Assembly: GCA_027366155.1 (NCBI GenBank)
Contig: DAHXKV010000055.1
Coordinates: forward strand, 1 to 50,209
Direction: 5' to 3'
From: Candidatus Micrarchaeota archaeon
GTDB taxonomy: Archaea; Micrarchaeota; Micrarchaeia; Micrarchaeales; CABMGC01
DNA length: 50,209 nt
Shown: positions 1 through 8,723 of the stretch, in pieces
Position numbering within the stretch: the first letter of the stretch is position 1
Layout: each line of letters begins with the position of its first letter
Notes under the pieces: model-generated
The model's database searches: none
What the model was told of the DNA's origin: nothing
Seen by the model: only the letters and a program-made list of their open reading frames with translations
Program-made: the position numbers and the translations under genes

Positions 1-1128
1 GAGCAGATAAGCGAAGGCAGGAACCAGTCAAAGCCATGCAGACACAGGTCATCAAGCATAAAGGAAAACCGGGATGCATGGCATTCCATGCTCTCCAAGA
101 GACCCGACAGCGAAGCCGCCAGCGCGATTCTACGCCTGAAAGGCGACATGGAGTCACAGAACACTGCGATGCGCGATCCGACCCTCTTCAGGATAAAGCT
201 GCAGGAGCACTACCGCCAAGGCAGCAAGTACTATGTATGGCCAACATACGACTTCAATACGCCAATAATGGACTCTATAAAGGGAATAACTGACGCAATA
301 AGGAGCAAGGAATACGAGCTCAGGGACGAGGTCTATTATACTGTTCTGGAGAAATTGGGCCTTAGGAAACCAAGGCTGCACAGCGTGGCAAGGCTCGAGA
401 TAGAGAACAATGTTACATCGAAGCGCAAGATAAACGAGCTAATACGGGAAGGGCTAATCCTTGGATACGAAGACCCACGGCTGGTTACAATAGCCGCGCT
501 GCGCCACAGGGGCATATCTCCGCAGGCGATAAAGAGCTTCGTCCTGAGATTCGGGATGAGCAAGACCAACAGCAAGGTTAGCATGGAGATGCTCCTCGCC
601 GAGAACCGCAAACTGGCCGAGCCGAAGGCAGCAAGGCTCTTTTTCGTCGAGAATCCAAAAAAGCTCACTGTAAAAGGGATCCCGGAAACAGAGCAAAAAA
701 TAAAAATCAGGGTCAATCCGAATGAAGAATCCGGATACAGGGAATACAGGCTAAACGACACTTTCTTTATAAATACATACGATGCAATTAAGTTAAAAAC
801 GGGCGACAGGGTAAGACTTAAGGACGCCTTCGAGATAAAGGCCGAAGGCATAACAAAAGACGGAATAACGGGAACATATCAGCAGACAGAGACTAAAGGC
901 GTCCAAAAGCTACAGTGGGTAAACAAGGGTAGTTTCGTGAAAGCGAAAATTTCGATAGTCGGGAACCTCCTCAAAGATGGGGAGTTCAGCAAGGAAAGCC
1001 TCGAGACGAAAGAAGGCTATCTGGAATCCTACGCAAACGCCTTGGAAGAAGGGACTGTAGTGCAGTTCGAAGGAATTGGGTTATTTGTTCTTGCTAAAAA
1101 GGACTGGATGGGATTCATATCTCTTTAA
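1..1128 (+). CDS. gltX: Glutamyl-tRNA synthetase (archaeal type), 5'-partial
   Basis: Frame is open from position 1 (EQISEGRNQSKPCRHR...). It contains MRDPTLFRI, VWPTYDF, GITDAIRSKEY, the KMSKS-like VTSKRK, EDPRLVTIAALRHRG and the C-terminal beta-barrel VQFE. Confidence 0.95.
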   Translation, partial: EQISEGRNQSKPCRHRSSSIKENRDAWHSMLSKRPDSEAASAILRLKGDMESQNTAMRDPTLFRIKLQEHYRQGSKYYVWPTYDFNTPIMDSIKGITDAIRSKEYELRDEVYYTVLEKLGLRKPRLHSVARLEIENNVTSKRKINELIREGLILGYEDPRLVTIAALRHRGISPQAIKSFVLRFGMSKTNSKVSMEMLLAENRKLAEPKAARLFFVENPKKLTVKGIPETEQKIKIRVNPNEESGYREYRLNDTFFINTYDAIKLKTGDRVRLKDAFEIKAEGITKDGITGTYQQTETKGVQKLQWVNKGSFVKAKISIVGNLLKDGEFSKESLETKEGYLESYANALEEGTVVQFEGIGLFVLAKKDWMGFISL

Positions 1129-1141
1129 ATGGGTTGGGTGG

Positions 1142-1780
1142 ATGAGTGGCATATTGTTGAAAAATGAGGAGAGTGGGGAGGCGAGGGCACATGAGACCTT
1201 CGAAAAAGGTATACTGCGGAAGATAATACGGCAGAATTGGGAAAATGCATCTGCAGATCCAAGAGTATCCCAGGCGCTGGAGGAGCACGCTTCCCGCATG
1301 GAAAGCATTATGGGCACACTCGATTACGGCGCAATATGTATGCCAAATGTCATTTCAAACTCGAAGCGCATGTCATTCAAGGAGCTCACAGCATACCTGA
1401 CCCTTATAGAATCCTTGGGCATAGGCTACAAAAGCTGGTTCAACAGCGAATTTGCAAATATCTTTGTTGCAGGGCTTACGCTAAAAGCAAGGGACACACA
1501 CTCCGCGCTGCGGTATCTGGAAGGATTCGTCTCCGGGATGGAAAAGCGCATATCATACTACCAAAAACTCTCTGAAAAGGAGAACAAGACGCTGGACCAG
1601 CTGATTGCGGAATACGAGGGCAAGAACTCCGGCATGTTCCGGTTCTTCAAGAAAGGAGAGCTGAATGCATTGCTGCGGATGATAAACATCCGGAAAAGGA
1701 AAGCCCACAGGTTTTCAAGGAAGGCAACAAAATACAATGAGATAGTAATAAAGACAAGAAAAGGAGCAACAAAGGCCTAG
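1142..1780 (+). CDS. Hypothetical helical protein with a basic coiled-coil C-terminus
   Basis: Long ORF directly after gltX. The ATG at 1142 follows GGGTGG (SD-like). No recognised family motif. Confidence 0.7.
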   Translation: MSGILLKNEESGEARAHETFEKGILRKIIRQNWENASADPRVSQALEEHASRMESIMGTLDYGAICMPNVISNSKRMSFKELTAYLTLIESLGIGYKSWFNSEFANIFVAGLTLKARDTHSALRYLEGFVSGMEKRISYYQKLSEKENKTLDQLIAEYEGKNSGMFRFFKKGELNALLRMINIRKRKAHRFSRKATKYNEIVIKTRKGATKA

Positions 1781-2226
1781 TGTCTTCCTTCCAGCTTGCG
1801 TATCTTGGCAATCCTTCTGATATGCCTATCTTCCATCGAAAAAGGCACTCTGATCCAGATGCCCACTATTTTCTTGGCAAGGGATGGCTTTACAAACCTT
1901 TCCCCGAGGCAGAGTACATTCACATCTCCGTGGGTTTTCGCTATGAATGCAGATTCCTCATCCCAGCAAACCGAGGCATGTACTCCCATTATCTTGTTTG
2001 CTGCCCTATCCATTCCCTGCCCCGAGCCGCAGATCAGGATGCCCTTCGCCTTGTTCTTGACCACAGCCCTGGATACAATCTCTGCATATTCTGGATAGTC
2101 ATCATCCTTGTCATAGGAAAAAGGTCCCACGTCTACGACATTGAATCCGGATTTCCTCAGCCATTCGACCAGCTTGGTTTTGAGTCTTAGCCCGGCATGG
2201 TCACTCCCTAAATATATCGTATCCAT
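1777..2226 (-). CDS. rpiB: Ribose-5-phosphate isomerase B (RpiB/LacAB family)
   Basis: Motifs GSDHAG, DDYP, ILICGSGQG, AANK, NVLCLGER and RHIRRI. Start placed at MDTIYLG. Confidence 0.95.
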   Translation of the reverse strand: MDTIYLGSDHAGLRLKTKLVEWLRKSGFNVVDVGPFSYDKDDDYPEYAEIVSRAVVKNKAKGILICGSGQGMDRAANKIMGVHASVCWDEESAFIAKTHGDVNVLCLGERFVKPSLAKKIVGIWIRVPFSMEDRHIRRIAKIRKLEGRH

Positions 2227-2329
2227 GCGTTTATATTGAAAGAAAACCTTTAACAACATGAGCGAACACCAACCCGGTTCGACAGACTAGCCTGGCTAGC
2301 TCTATAAACTTTCACGCCGATACTATTCC

Positions 2330-3436
2330 ATGTCTGCATTGGAGGAAAAGCTGAAGGAGCTCAGGGACGAATACGCGAAGACAAAGCATAACAAGGCAAC
2401 CAATAAGCACCTGGGCATTCTGCGCAGGAAGATGGCAAATATCCGAAAAGAGATGACAAAGAAATCAGGCGGTCGAGGAGTCGGATTTGCAGTAAAGAAA
2501 ACTGGGGATTCTACCGTAGTGCTTGTCGGATTCCCGAATGCCGGCAAATCCTCTCTCCTCTCTGCAATAACCAATGCAGAATCTGAGATTGCAGCATACG
2601 AATTCACCACACTGGATGTGATACCCGGTACGATAAGCTACGGCGGCGCCCAGATACAGCTGCTTGACGTCCCAGGCCTTATAGAAGGGGCAAGCGAGGG
2701 AAAAGGCGGGGGCGCCAAAGTAGCAAGCGTGATAAGGGTAGCTGACATGCTTCTCATAATGCTTGACGTAAACAAGCCTGAAGGGCTGTTTAGCCTTCTT
2801 GATGAGCTCTACGGCCTGGGAATAAGGGCAAATGTGGACAGGCCCGGAATACGTATCGAAAAGAAAGCAACTGGGGGGGTAGAGATAGACGCAATGGGAC
2901 ACAAGATACCTCCGCGGAAGGAAATACTTGAAGTGCTTGGAGCATCGAGCATCTACAACTGCAGGATAATCTTTCAGAAGGACTCGAGCATTGAAGATAT
3001 CTCCGACTTCCTCGATCCAAGTGTTGTATACCTGAAGGCGCTTATAATTCTAAACAAAATAGACAGTGTGCCCCGCTCCTTCTGGGAAGGAATCAAGAAG
3101 GAAGTCGAGACCTCGACAGGGATAAAGACAATCCCGATAAGCGCATCCAACAAGACAAACACCGAATCGCTAAAGGCCCAGATATTCGGAGAACTGGGCC
3201 TTTTACGGATATACCTTAAGCCAAAAGACGCGGAACCCGACATGGAAAAGCCGATTATCGCAAAGACTGGGGCCACCGTACTTGATGTTGCAAGGGTACT
3301 CCACTCGAAAACAGCCAAGAGCCTAAAATATGCCTATATAAATGGGAAGAGCGCAAAGTTTACCAACCAGCGTTTCGGAAAGGAGCACGTTGTTGAGGAT
3401 GGAGACATAGTCACGCTGGTCTATGATAAGAGTTGA
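2330..3436 (+). CDS. DRG/Rbg family OBG-like GTPase with C-terminal TGS domain
   Basis: Motifs KHNKATNKHLG, G1 GFPNAGKS, YEFTTL, DVPG and NKID, plus TGS (HVVEDGDIV). Confidence 0.95.
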   Translation: MSALEEKLKELRDEYAKTKHNKATNKHLGILRRKMANIRKEMTKKSGGRGVGFAVKKTGDSTVVLVGFPNAGKSSLLSAITNAESEIAAYEFTTLDVIPGTISYGGAQIQLLDVPGLIEGASEGKGGGAKVASVIRVADMLLIMLDVNKPEGLFSLLDELYGLGIRANVDRPGIRIEKKATGGVEIDAMGHKIPPRKEILEVLGASSIYNCRIIFQKDSSIEDISDFLDPSVVYLKALIILNKIDSVPRSFWEGIKKEVETSTGIKTIPISASNKTNTESLKAQIFGELGLLRIYLKPKDAEPDMEKPIIAKTGATVLDVARVLHSKTAKSLKYAYINGKSAKFTNQRFGKEHVVEDGDIVTLVYDKS

Positions 3437-3440
3437 GTAT

Positions 3441-3938
3441 ATGCCTTTTGATCTGACATCCACATATAAACCAAGCCCCGAAGAGGCGCTGGAGCTAGGG
3501 TTCGGCAGGATATTCTCCAACGATGAGATAAGAGTAACGCCTGACATATCCGACGTGCCGACTTGTATAGTGGCCAATTCTGATCAGGGCCTCCTTGACA
3601 GGGCCATCAGGCGGCCAAATGTTGCAGGGATAGTAATAAACGACAGCGAACTGCTTCGGATGACCCTTGAAAAGCTTAAGGAAAACGAGAAGGCGCTGGT
3701 TCTTCCGCTACACCAGATAACCTGCGCCGAAACCAGGCAGAGGCTTAGGAACATCTACCGCATGAGAAGCCTACTGGGTTCCGCATTCAGGTATGGGGCA
3801 GATGTTGCCGTGGCAACACTCGCCGAAAACAAAACATGCCTTCTTTCTTCACAACAGATGGTAGAAGTATGCATGTTCCTTGGAGCAAACAGCAAACAGG
3901 CCGACTCGATGGTATCGCGGCTAGGCGAAATGCTATGA
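3441..3938 (+). CDS. rnp3: RNase P protein Rpp30-like (short, divergent)
   Basis: C-terminal half resembles Rpp30 (RLRNIYRM...RYGADVAVATLA...LLSSQQMVEVCMFLG). It is translationally coupled (ATGA) to a Pop5 gene, the usual neighbour. Confidence 0.65.
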   Translation: MPFDLTSTYKPSPEEALELGFGRIFSNDEIRVTPDISDVPTCIVANSDQGLLDRAIRRPNVAGIVINDSELLRMTLEKLKENEKALVLPLHQITCAETRQRLRNIYRMRSLLGSAFRYGADVAVATLAENKTCLLSSQQMVEVCMFLGANSKQADSMVSRLGEML

Positions 3939-4270
3939 TACTAAAAAGAAAATACAGGTATGTGGCAGTCAGGAGCTCCTCGCCTATTGATGCTTCTGCA
4001 CAGGAGAACAGGATTACTGCAGAGATTCTGCGCGTGATTGGCGAGCTTTCATACTCTGAGGCAAACCCCAAGATCGTCTCCCAGACAAGCAAGACATTCT
4101 TCATAATAAGAGTCAATAGGGGTCATGAAAAAAGGCTGGTGCTGGCCCTTGCGTTCATAAAGAGGGTAGGAGAGATGCCAATCGGACTTTTCTCCATAAA
4201 GACCTCGGGAACAATAAGGAGCCTAAAATATCTCCCCGACAATCCTGGTGACCCCGCCCCTAAGGCTTAA
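3935..4270 (+). CDS. rnp2: RNase P protein Pop5/Rpp14
   Basis: N-terminus KRKYRYV, FIIRVNR and the conserved TSGTIRSL. Confidence 0.85.
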   Translation: MILKRKYRYVAVRSSSPIDASAQENRITAEILRVIGELSYSEANPKIVSQTSKTFFIIRVNRGHEKRLVLALAFIKRVGEMPIGLFSIKTSGTIRSLKYLPDNPGDPAPKA

Positions 4271-4543
4271 GGTCTCCACCATGGCGTTCTCATTTATAGC
4301 TTCAGCCACATACCTTGAGGTATTGCCATGGTAGCAAACGAACACATGATTGCGGAACTTTGCAGCCTCTGCTTTGTCTGCAAAGGCGAGTTCGTTAGGC
4401 TTGGCTGATACCATCTCTTCACTGCCCAAGCCCAGAAGCTCACGTATGTACTCTACAGGCTCCCTCCCGAGCCAGACCATCTTTGTCCTGTGCTTTTTTA
4501 TGAATGACACAGCCTCCTCAAAATCAATCTCCTTGACGCTCAT
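4223..4543 (-). CDS. Single-domain rhodanese-like sulfurtransferase
   Basis: Active-site loop VCYHGNTS (GlpE-like CYHGNSS) and C-terminal LRGG. Confidence 0.75.
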   Translation of the reverse strand: MSVKEIDFEEAVSFIKKHRTKMVWLGREPVEYIRELLGLGSEEMVSAKPNELAFADKAEAAKFRNHVFVCYHGNTSRYVAEAINENAMVETLSLRGGVTRIVGEIF

Positions 4544-4691
4544 CCGATCCCTTTAAATAACGCTTACTACCTTCTTCGGGAGTTCATATAACCCTATCCT
4601 AAGCATCCTCCCCCCTGCCGCAGCACAGACAAAGGTTATTATATTTAATCCCGAATAAATTATTTGCTATTTATCAGCACACGGTGAATGA

Positions 4692-5048
4692 ATGAACATA
4701 AGTGATCTAAAAGCAGGAGCGTCAAATGTTGATGTTGAAGCTGTAGTTACTGAAAAGGACGAACCAAGGGAAGTTACTACGAAATACGGGAAGAAGCTAA
4801 ACGTATGCAATGCAATGCTGCAGGATGATACTGGCAGCATCGCAATCTCTCTCTGGGGAGACAACATAGACTTAGTAAGCGTAGGCGACAAGGTAAAGAT
4901 AACAAACGGCTACGTAAGCGAATTCAGGGGAACCCCTCAACTGTCTACCGGAAAGTTCGGCAAGATAGAAGTGCTAAGCAAAGGATCAGGAAGCCCGAGC
5001 GCGTCTTCCGAAAGTGAAGAGGAGTCTGAATCGGAAGAGGAAATGTAA
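4692..5048 (+). CDS. ssb: Single-OB-fold ssDNA-binding protein (SSB/RPA) with acidic tail
   Basis: Motifs ISDLKAG, LQDDTGSIAISLWG and NGYVSEFRG, with an acidic S/E tail. Confidence 0.9.
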   Translation: MNISDLKAGASNVDVEAVVTEKDEPREVTTKYGKKLNVCNAMLQDDTGSIAISLWGDNIDLVSVGDKVKITNGYVSEFRGTPQLSTGKFGKIEVLSKGSGSPSASSESEEESESEEEM

Positions 5049-5051
5049 TAC

Positions 5052-5723
5052 TTATTTCCTATTCCTATCTGATGATATTAGTCTCTTAATGGCATTGAAC
5101 GCAACTGGCGTCTCCTCCTCCTTTATTATGAAAATCTCTTCGCTGAGGGTGGAGACAACCTCAAATATATTAACGTTCTCCCAGCTAAGCGCCTTAGTGA
5201 ACATGTACAGCAGACCAATCTCCTCGGCAGCCTTCTCAGGCACGCGCACGGTAACCGAGGAGAGGCCTGAGACCACTTTCTTGACCTTTTTCTTATTGAA
5301 CAGGTCCACTATCTCCTCCATGTATCTCTCATTGGAAATTACTGTAATCTCATAAAGGCCCTGCGTGATTGTGAGAAAGTCCCCCTTGCTAAAATCCACA
5401 AGGGCGTAAACCTTAGATGACGAGGCCACAGTCTCAAAGTCCTTTGAAACTGTCAGCTCGAAGATCCCTGAGGCGATGGTAATGTCTGCGCCATCGAGCC
5501 TGATGTTGCCCCCTCTCACGAAACTTTCCTTAAGCGTTTCAGAGAACCGCCTTATTGCCATGACTATGGCGTACCTATTCACCTCCTTCCTCATGGCCTT
5601 CTCGACTTCCGGCTTTATCATGTCTGCAAGATAAGCGTAGTTTATTATGTCATTGACCAGGGCCTCCTCAAGAAACGGCTTCCTGCCTATTATGTCCTCG
5701 ACTATCCGTGATACGGTAACCAT
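5052..5723 (-). CDS. ACT-domain protein with N-terminal helical (putative DNA-binding) domain; probable amino-acid-responsive regulator
   Basis: N-terminal PFLEEAL..IINYAYLA..AIVMAIRR. C-terminal ACT-like GLLY..TKALSWENVNIFEVVSTLSE. ATG 5723 lies about 25 nt from a TATA box. Confidence 0.75.
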   Translation of the reverse strand: MVTVSRIVEDIIGRKPFLEEALVNDIINYAYLADMIKPEVEKAMRKEVNRYAIVMAIRRFSETLKESFVRGGNIRLDGADITIASGIFELTVSKDFETVASSSKVYALVDFSKGDFLTITQGLYEITVISNERYMEEIVDLFNKKKVKKVVSGLSSVTVRVPEKAAEEIGLLYMFTKALSWENVNIFEVVSTLSEEIFIIKEEETPVAFNAIKRLISSDRNRK

Positions 5724-5733
5724 AAAACCAACA

Positions 5734-5790
5734 TGCGATAACATTTATATATAAAACAATCTAAATAATATTATGTTAGTGCAATAACAT
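5734..5790. promoter_or_regulatory. Putative operator pair flanking the TATA box of the ACT-domain gene
   Basis: Palindrome ATGTTAGTGCAATAACAT (16/18) at 5773-5790 and a repeat half-site TGCGATAACAT at 5734-5744, with a TATA-like TTATATATAAAA between them. Confidence 0.55.
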
Positions 5791-5888
5791 TATATATTTA
5801 TACTCCTGCGCTGACATTAATCAGGGAAAAGCGGTAAGAGGGTGGGGAACCTTCCTTTTCCACATACTGCATCTACGCGCACGCCGAT

Positions 5889-7142
5889 TCAGAAGTCTAT
5901 GTTTACAATATCGCCGTTCGCCGGCGCGTAGGCCTCAAAGCCCTCCAGCTCAAGCCATTCCTTGAAGGCTACAGTGCTTTCTTCGTCTCCGTGCACGCAT
6001 ATGACTGTGTGCGGGCTCGCCCTCCTTACGTAATCATACAAGTCATTCTGACCGGCATGTGCCGAGAGGTCATAAAACGCGAATGGGGTCTTTATAAATA
6101 CTTTCTGCCCGTCAATGATCAACGGCTTGTTCTCCAGGAGCCTGCGCCCGTTAGTGTTTTCGGCCTGGAAGCCTGTAAGGAATATCATCGACCTGCTGTT
6201 GAGCTTTGTTATGTAATTAAGCGCAGGCCCGCCGCTGAGCATGCCTGCAGTAGTAACTATTATGCTACCTCCCTCGCTTACTGCCTCCTCCCTCTCGTTC
6301 GACTTTCTCAAGGTCTTTACCCTGGTCATTGCATTCTTTAGGAGGCTCATGTTGTCGACAAATTCGGGAAACTGCATGGTTATTGACGTAGCCTCCCTGG
6401 CCATCCCGTCCAGATAAGTGAAATTGGTCAGCTTGTGCTTTTCAAGGATCGCAAGCACTTCCTGGCTCCGCCCTACTGCAAAAACAGGTATGAGCGCAGT
6501 CCCGTTATTTTCTATGATCTCCTTTATGCTCTCAACAAATAGCTTTATCAGGTTCTCCCTGTCCGGGTGCTCCTTTATCGCATATGTCGACTCTATTACG
6601 AGCGTGTCTCCTTCCACGACGTCTGCCCCGGAATGAAGAGTCTGCGGAGAAAGCTTGAAATCCCCGGTATATACTACCTTTTTCCCATTCCTTCGGTTCT
6701 CTATGCTTGTTATCGAACTGCCGGTTATATGGCCCGCATCATGCAACTTTATCTCATAATCACCAAACTCGATCCCCTCTCCGTACTTGTAAGTTGTAAA
6801 GGAATTCATGTAAGATCTCAATTCGGTTTTCTTGAATTTCGGGTGCAGGTGCTTCTTCTTGTTGAGCTCTATCGAGTCCTCGATCAGTAACTGGGCAAGC
6901 CTCTTCGTCGGCTCCGTGCCGAATGCGGCAGGCATCGCCGAATGGTACAATGAAGGGGAGAAACCGCTATGGTCCAGATGCGCATGGCTAAGGACATAAG
7001 CGTCAACTTTTCCTGCAGGCATCGGATAGCCTACCTTTTCCTCCACTTTTATTCCGTAATCCAAGAGTATGTTTTTGTTTCCCCTGAGCAGGATTCCTGA
7101 CCTTCCCACTTCCCTTCCTGCCCCTAGTATTTGCACGTCCAA
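5889..7142 (-). CDS. Metallo-beta-lactamase/beta-CASP ribonuclease (aCPSF2-like)
   Basis: Motifs LGAGREVGRS, SHAHLDHSG, AGHITGS, YTGDF, ESTY, FAVGRSQE, SAHAG and VHGD. Confidence 0.93.
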   Translation of the reverse strand: MDVQILGAGREVGRSGILLRGNKNILLDYGIKVEEKVGYPMPAGKVDAYVLSHAHLDHSGFSPSLYHSAMPAAFGTEPTKRLAQLLIEDSIELNKKKHLHPKFKKTELRSYMNSFTTYKYGEGIEFGDYEIKLHDAGHITGSSITSIENRRNGKKVVYTGDFKLSPQTLHSGADVVEGDTLVIESTYAIKEHPDRENLIKLFVESIKEIIENNGTALIPVFAVGRSQEVLAILEKHKLTNFTYLDGMAREATSITMQFPEFVDNMSLLKNAMTRVKTLRKSNEREEAVSEGGSIIVTTAGMLSGGPALNYITKLNSRSMIFLTGFQAENTNGRRLLENKPLIIDGQKVFIKTPFAFYDLSAHAGQNDLYDYVRRASPHTVICVHGDEESTVAFKEWLELEGFEAYAPANGDIVNIDF

Positions 7143-7307
7143 AAAATCACTTACTTATAATAACAATAAAACTTATTAAATGAATACCAACTGCGTATCC
7201 CAAACCACGAGCCAAATTCATCCTCGCCGGCCAGACAACCGCCCAGCCCACTCCCGAAAACACAATCAACCCTTTTATTTGTTTCCATCAAAGTAAATAG
7301 CGTTTTC

Positions 7308-8102
7308 ATGCCGGATGAGATAACATTCATGGATCTTGCCTCGCTTCTGAGCATAACTCCCAACACGCCACTGGAGAAACTCGGCAGCGCAATAAACGCA
7401 AGCATATTCGACGCGTCTAACATAGCCGGCGGCCTCAAGCAGAAGGGACTCATAGTGTTCAGTGCAAACTACCCAGGCCCGAATGCGATAACCATCACAG
7501 AGGCTGGAAGAGAGCTCATACGAGACGCCGACTCCAGAAGCAGCGCACCTACAGACCCACTCGACGAGTCAATACTCGCGCAGCTTTCAGGCGGCAAGCG
7601 CATACCGATAGAGCTGCAGAACACGCTAAACATACGGCCTAAGGACCTTGCGATGAGGATATACAAGCTCAGCAAACAGGGACTTCTCGTCTACGAGCTC
7701 AAAAACGGAGGTGTCGAGCTGCTGCTTACGGAACAAGGCTTCCTCCGCTCAAAAAGCCTCCCAATGCAAAACCAGCCAGCTCCCGTATCGGCCAATCCTA
7801 ATGCCAATTCTCCAAATGCACCATTACGCACCGTCCAGCCCCAGCCACCTCTTCAGCCACAGACGGACAGCGGCAAAATAGAAGTACATCTGGCCAATCT
7901 GGACCAGGCATCACCTCAACGCCAGGTACCTGCGCAACAGGAAGTCCAGGTGCCTGGACAGGCGCAGAACCAGCCCCAACAGCCTCCTCAAATCCCGAGC
8001 AAAAGCCCAGGAAAAGGCAGAATGCAGGTCACGGTTGCACTTGTGGTTGTAGTGATAATCATTATTGCTTTGGCTCTGGTATACTACCTAAAGTTTAGAT
8101 GA
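7308..8102 (+). CDS. Tandem winged-helix protein with Pro/Gln-rich linker and C-terminal transmembrane anchor
   Basis: Two MarR-like repeats (LKQKGLI...ITEAG; LSKQGLL...LTEQG), a P/Q/N-rich linker, and hydrophobic VTVALVVVVIIIIALALVYYL followed by KFR and stop. Confidence 0.75.
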   Translation: MPDEITFMDLASLLSITPNTPLEKLGSAINASIFDASNIAGGLKQKGLIVFSANYPGPNAITITEAGRELIRDADSRSSAPTDPLDESILAQLSGGKRIPIELQNTLNIRPKDLAMRIYKLSKQGLLVYELKNGGVELLLTEQGFLRSKSLPMQNQPAPVSANPNANSPNAPLRTVQPQPPLQPQTDSGKIEVHLANLDQASPQRQVPAQQEVQVPGQAQNQPQQPPQIPSKSPGKGRMQVTVALVVVVIIIIALALVYYLKFR

Positions 8103-8723
8103 TTGGACATGCTTCTCGAATACTTCAAGGCAAAGAAATTGCTTGAAGCACACGGAATAAAGAGCATAGAAAGCGCATATGTCTTCAGCGCCGCCGAAGC
8201 CCTTTCTTTCTCTAAAGGCAGGCCGATTGTAATGAAGGTAATATCCGACAAGGCACTCCACAAGTCCAAGGCCGGACTTGTAATGCTCAATCTATCCGGC
8301 AAAGACCAGATAGAAGAAGCATTCAAGACACTAAGCAGGAAAGGCAAAAGCCTGGGAAGCTACCGCATAATAGCCCAGCTCATGTCTCCCGGGGGGATAG
8401 AAATGATAATAGGTGGCAACGAAGACCCGCAGTTCGGAAAAATGGTTCTCATAGGATTAGGTGGCATATACGTAGAGATATTCCGGGATTTTTCCATGAT
8501 GTCATGCCCAATAGCGAAAAAGGATGCCTCGGTCATGGTATCCTCGCTCAAGTCCTCAAAGATTGTCGCAGGCAGCGGGCAAGCCGAGGAACTGCTTGAA
8601 GATCTGCTCATGCGTATATCACGCCTGCTGCTCGCAAATCCGGAAATAAAGGAATTGGATCTAAATCCCGTAATAATACACAAGGACAGTTATGACGTAG
8701 TAGACATAAGGATGATCACATGA
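8103..8723 (+). CDS. acdB: ADP-forming acetate/acyl-CoA ligase beta subunit (ATP-grasp)
   Basis: Motifs PIVMKV, HKSKAGLV, DPQFG, GLGGIYVE and ELDLNP. Alternative start at ATG 8109. Confidence 0.88.
   Translation: MDMLLEYFKAKKLLEAHGIKSIESAYVFSAAEALSFSKGRPIVMKVISDKALHKSKAGLVMLNLSGKDQIEEAFKTLSRKGKSLGSYRIIAQLMSPGGIEMIIGGNEDPQFGKMVLIGLGGIYVEIFRDFSMMSCPIAKKDASVMVSSLKSSKIVAGSGQAEELLEDLLMRISRLLLANPEIKELDLNPVIIHKDSYDVVDIRMIT

Noticed and set aside
2270..2300. GGTTCGAC resembling a tRNA T-loop
   Set aside because: The flanks do not form a T-stem or a cloverleaf.
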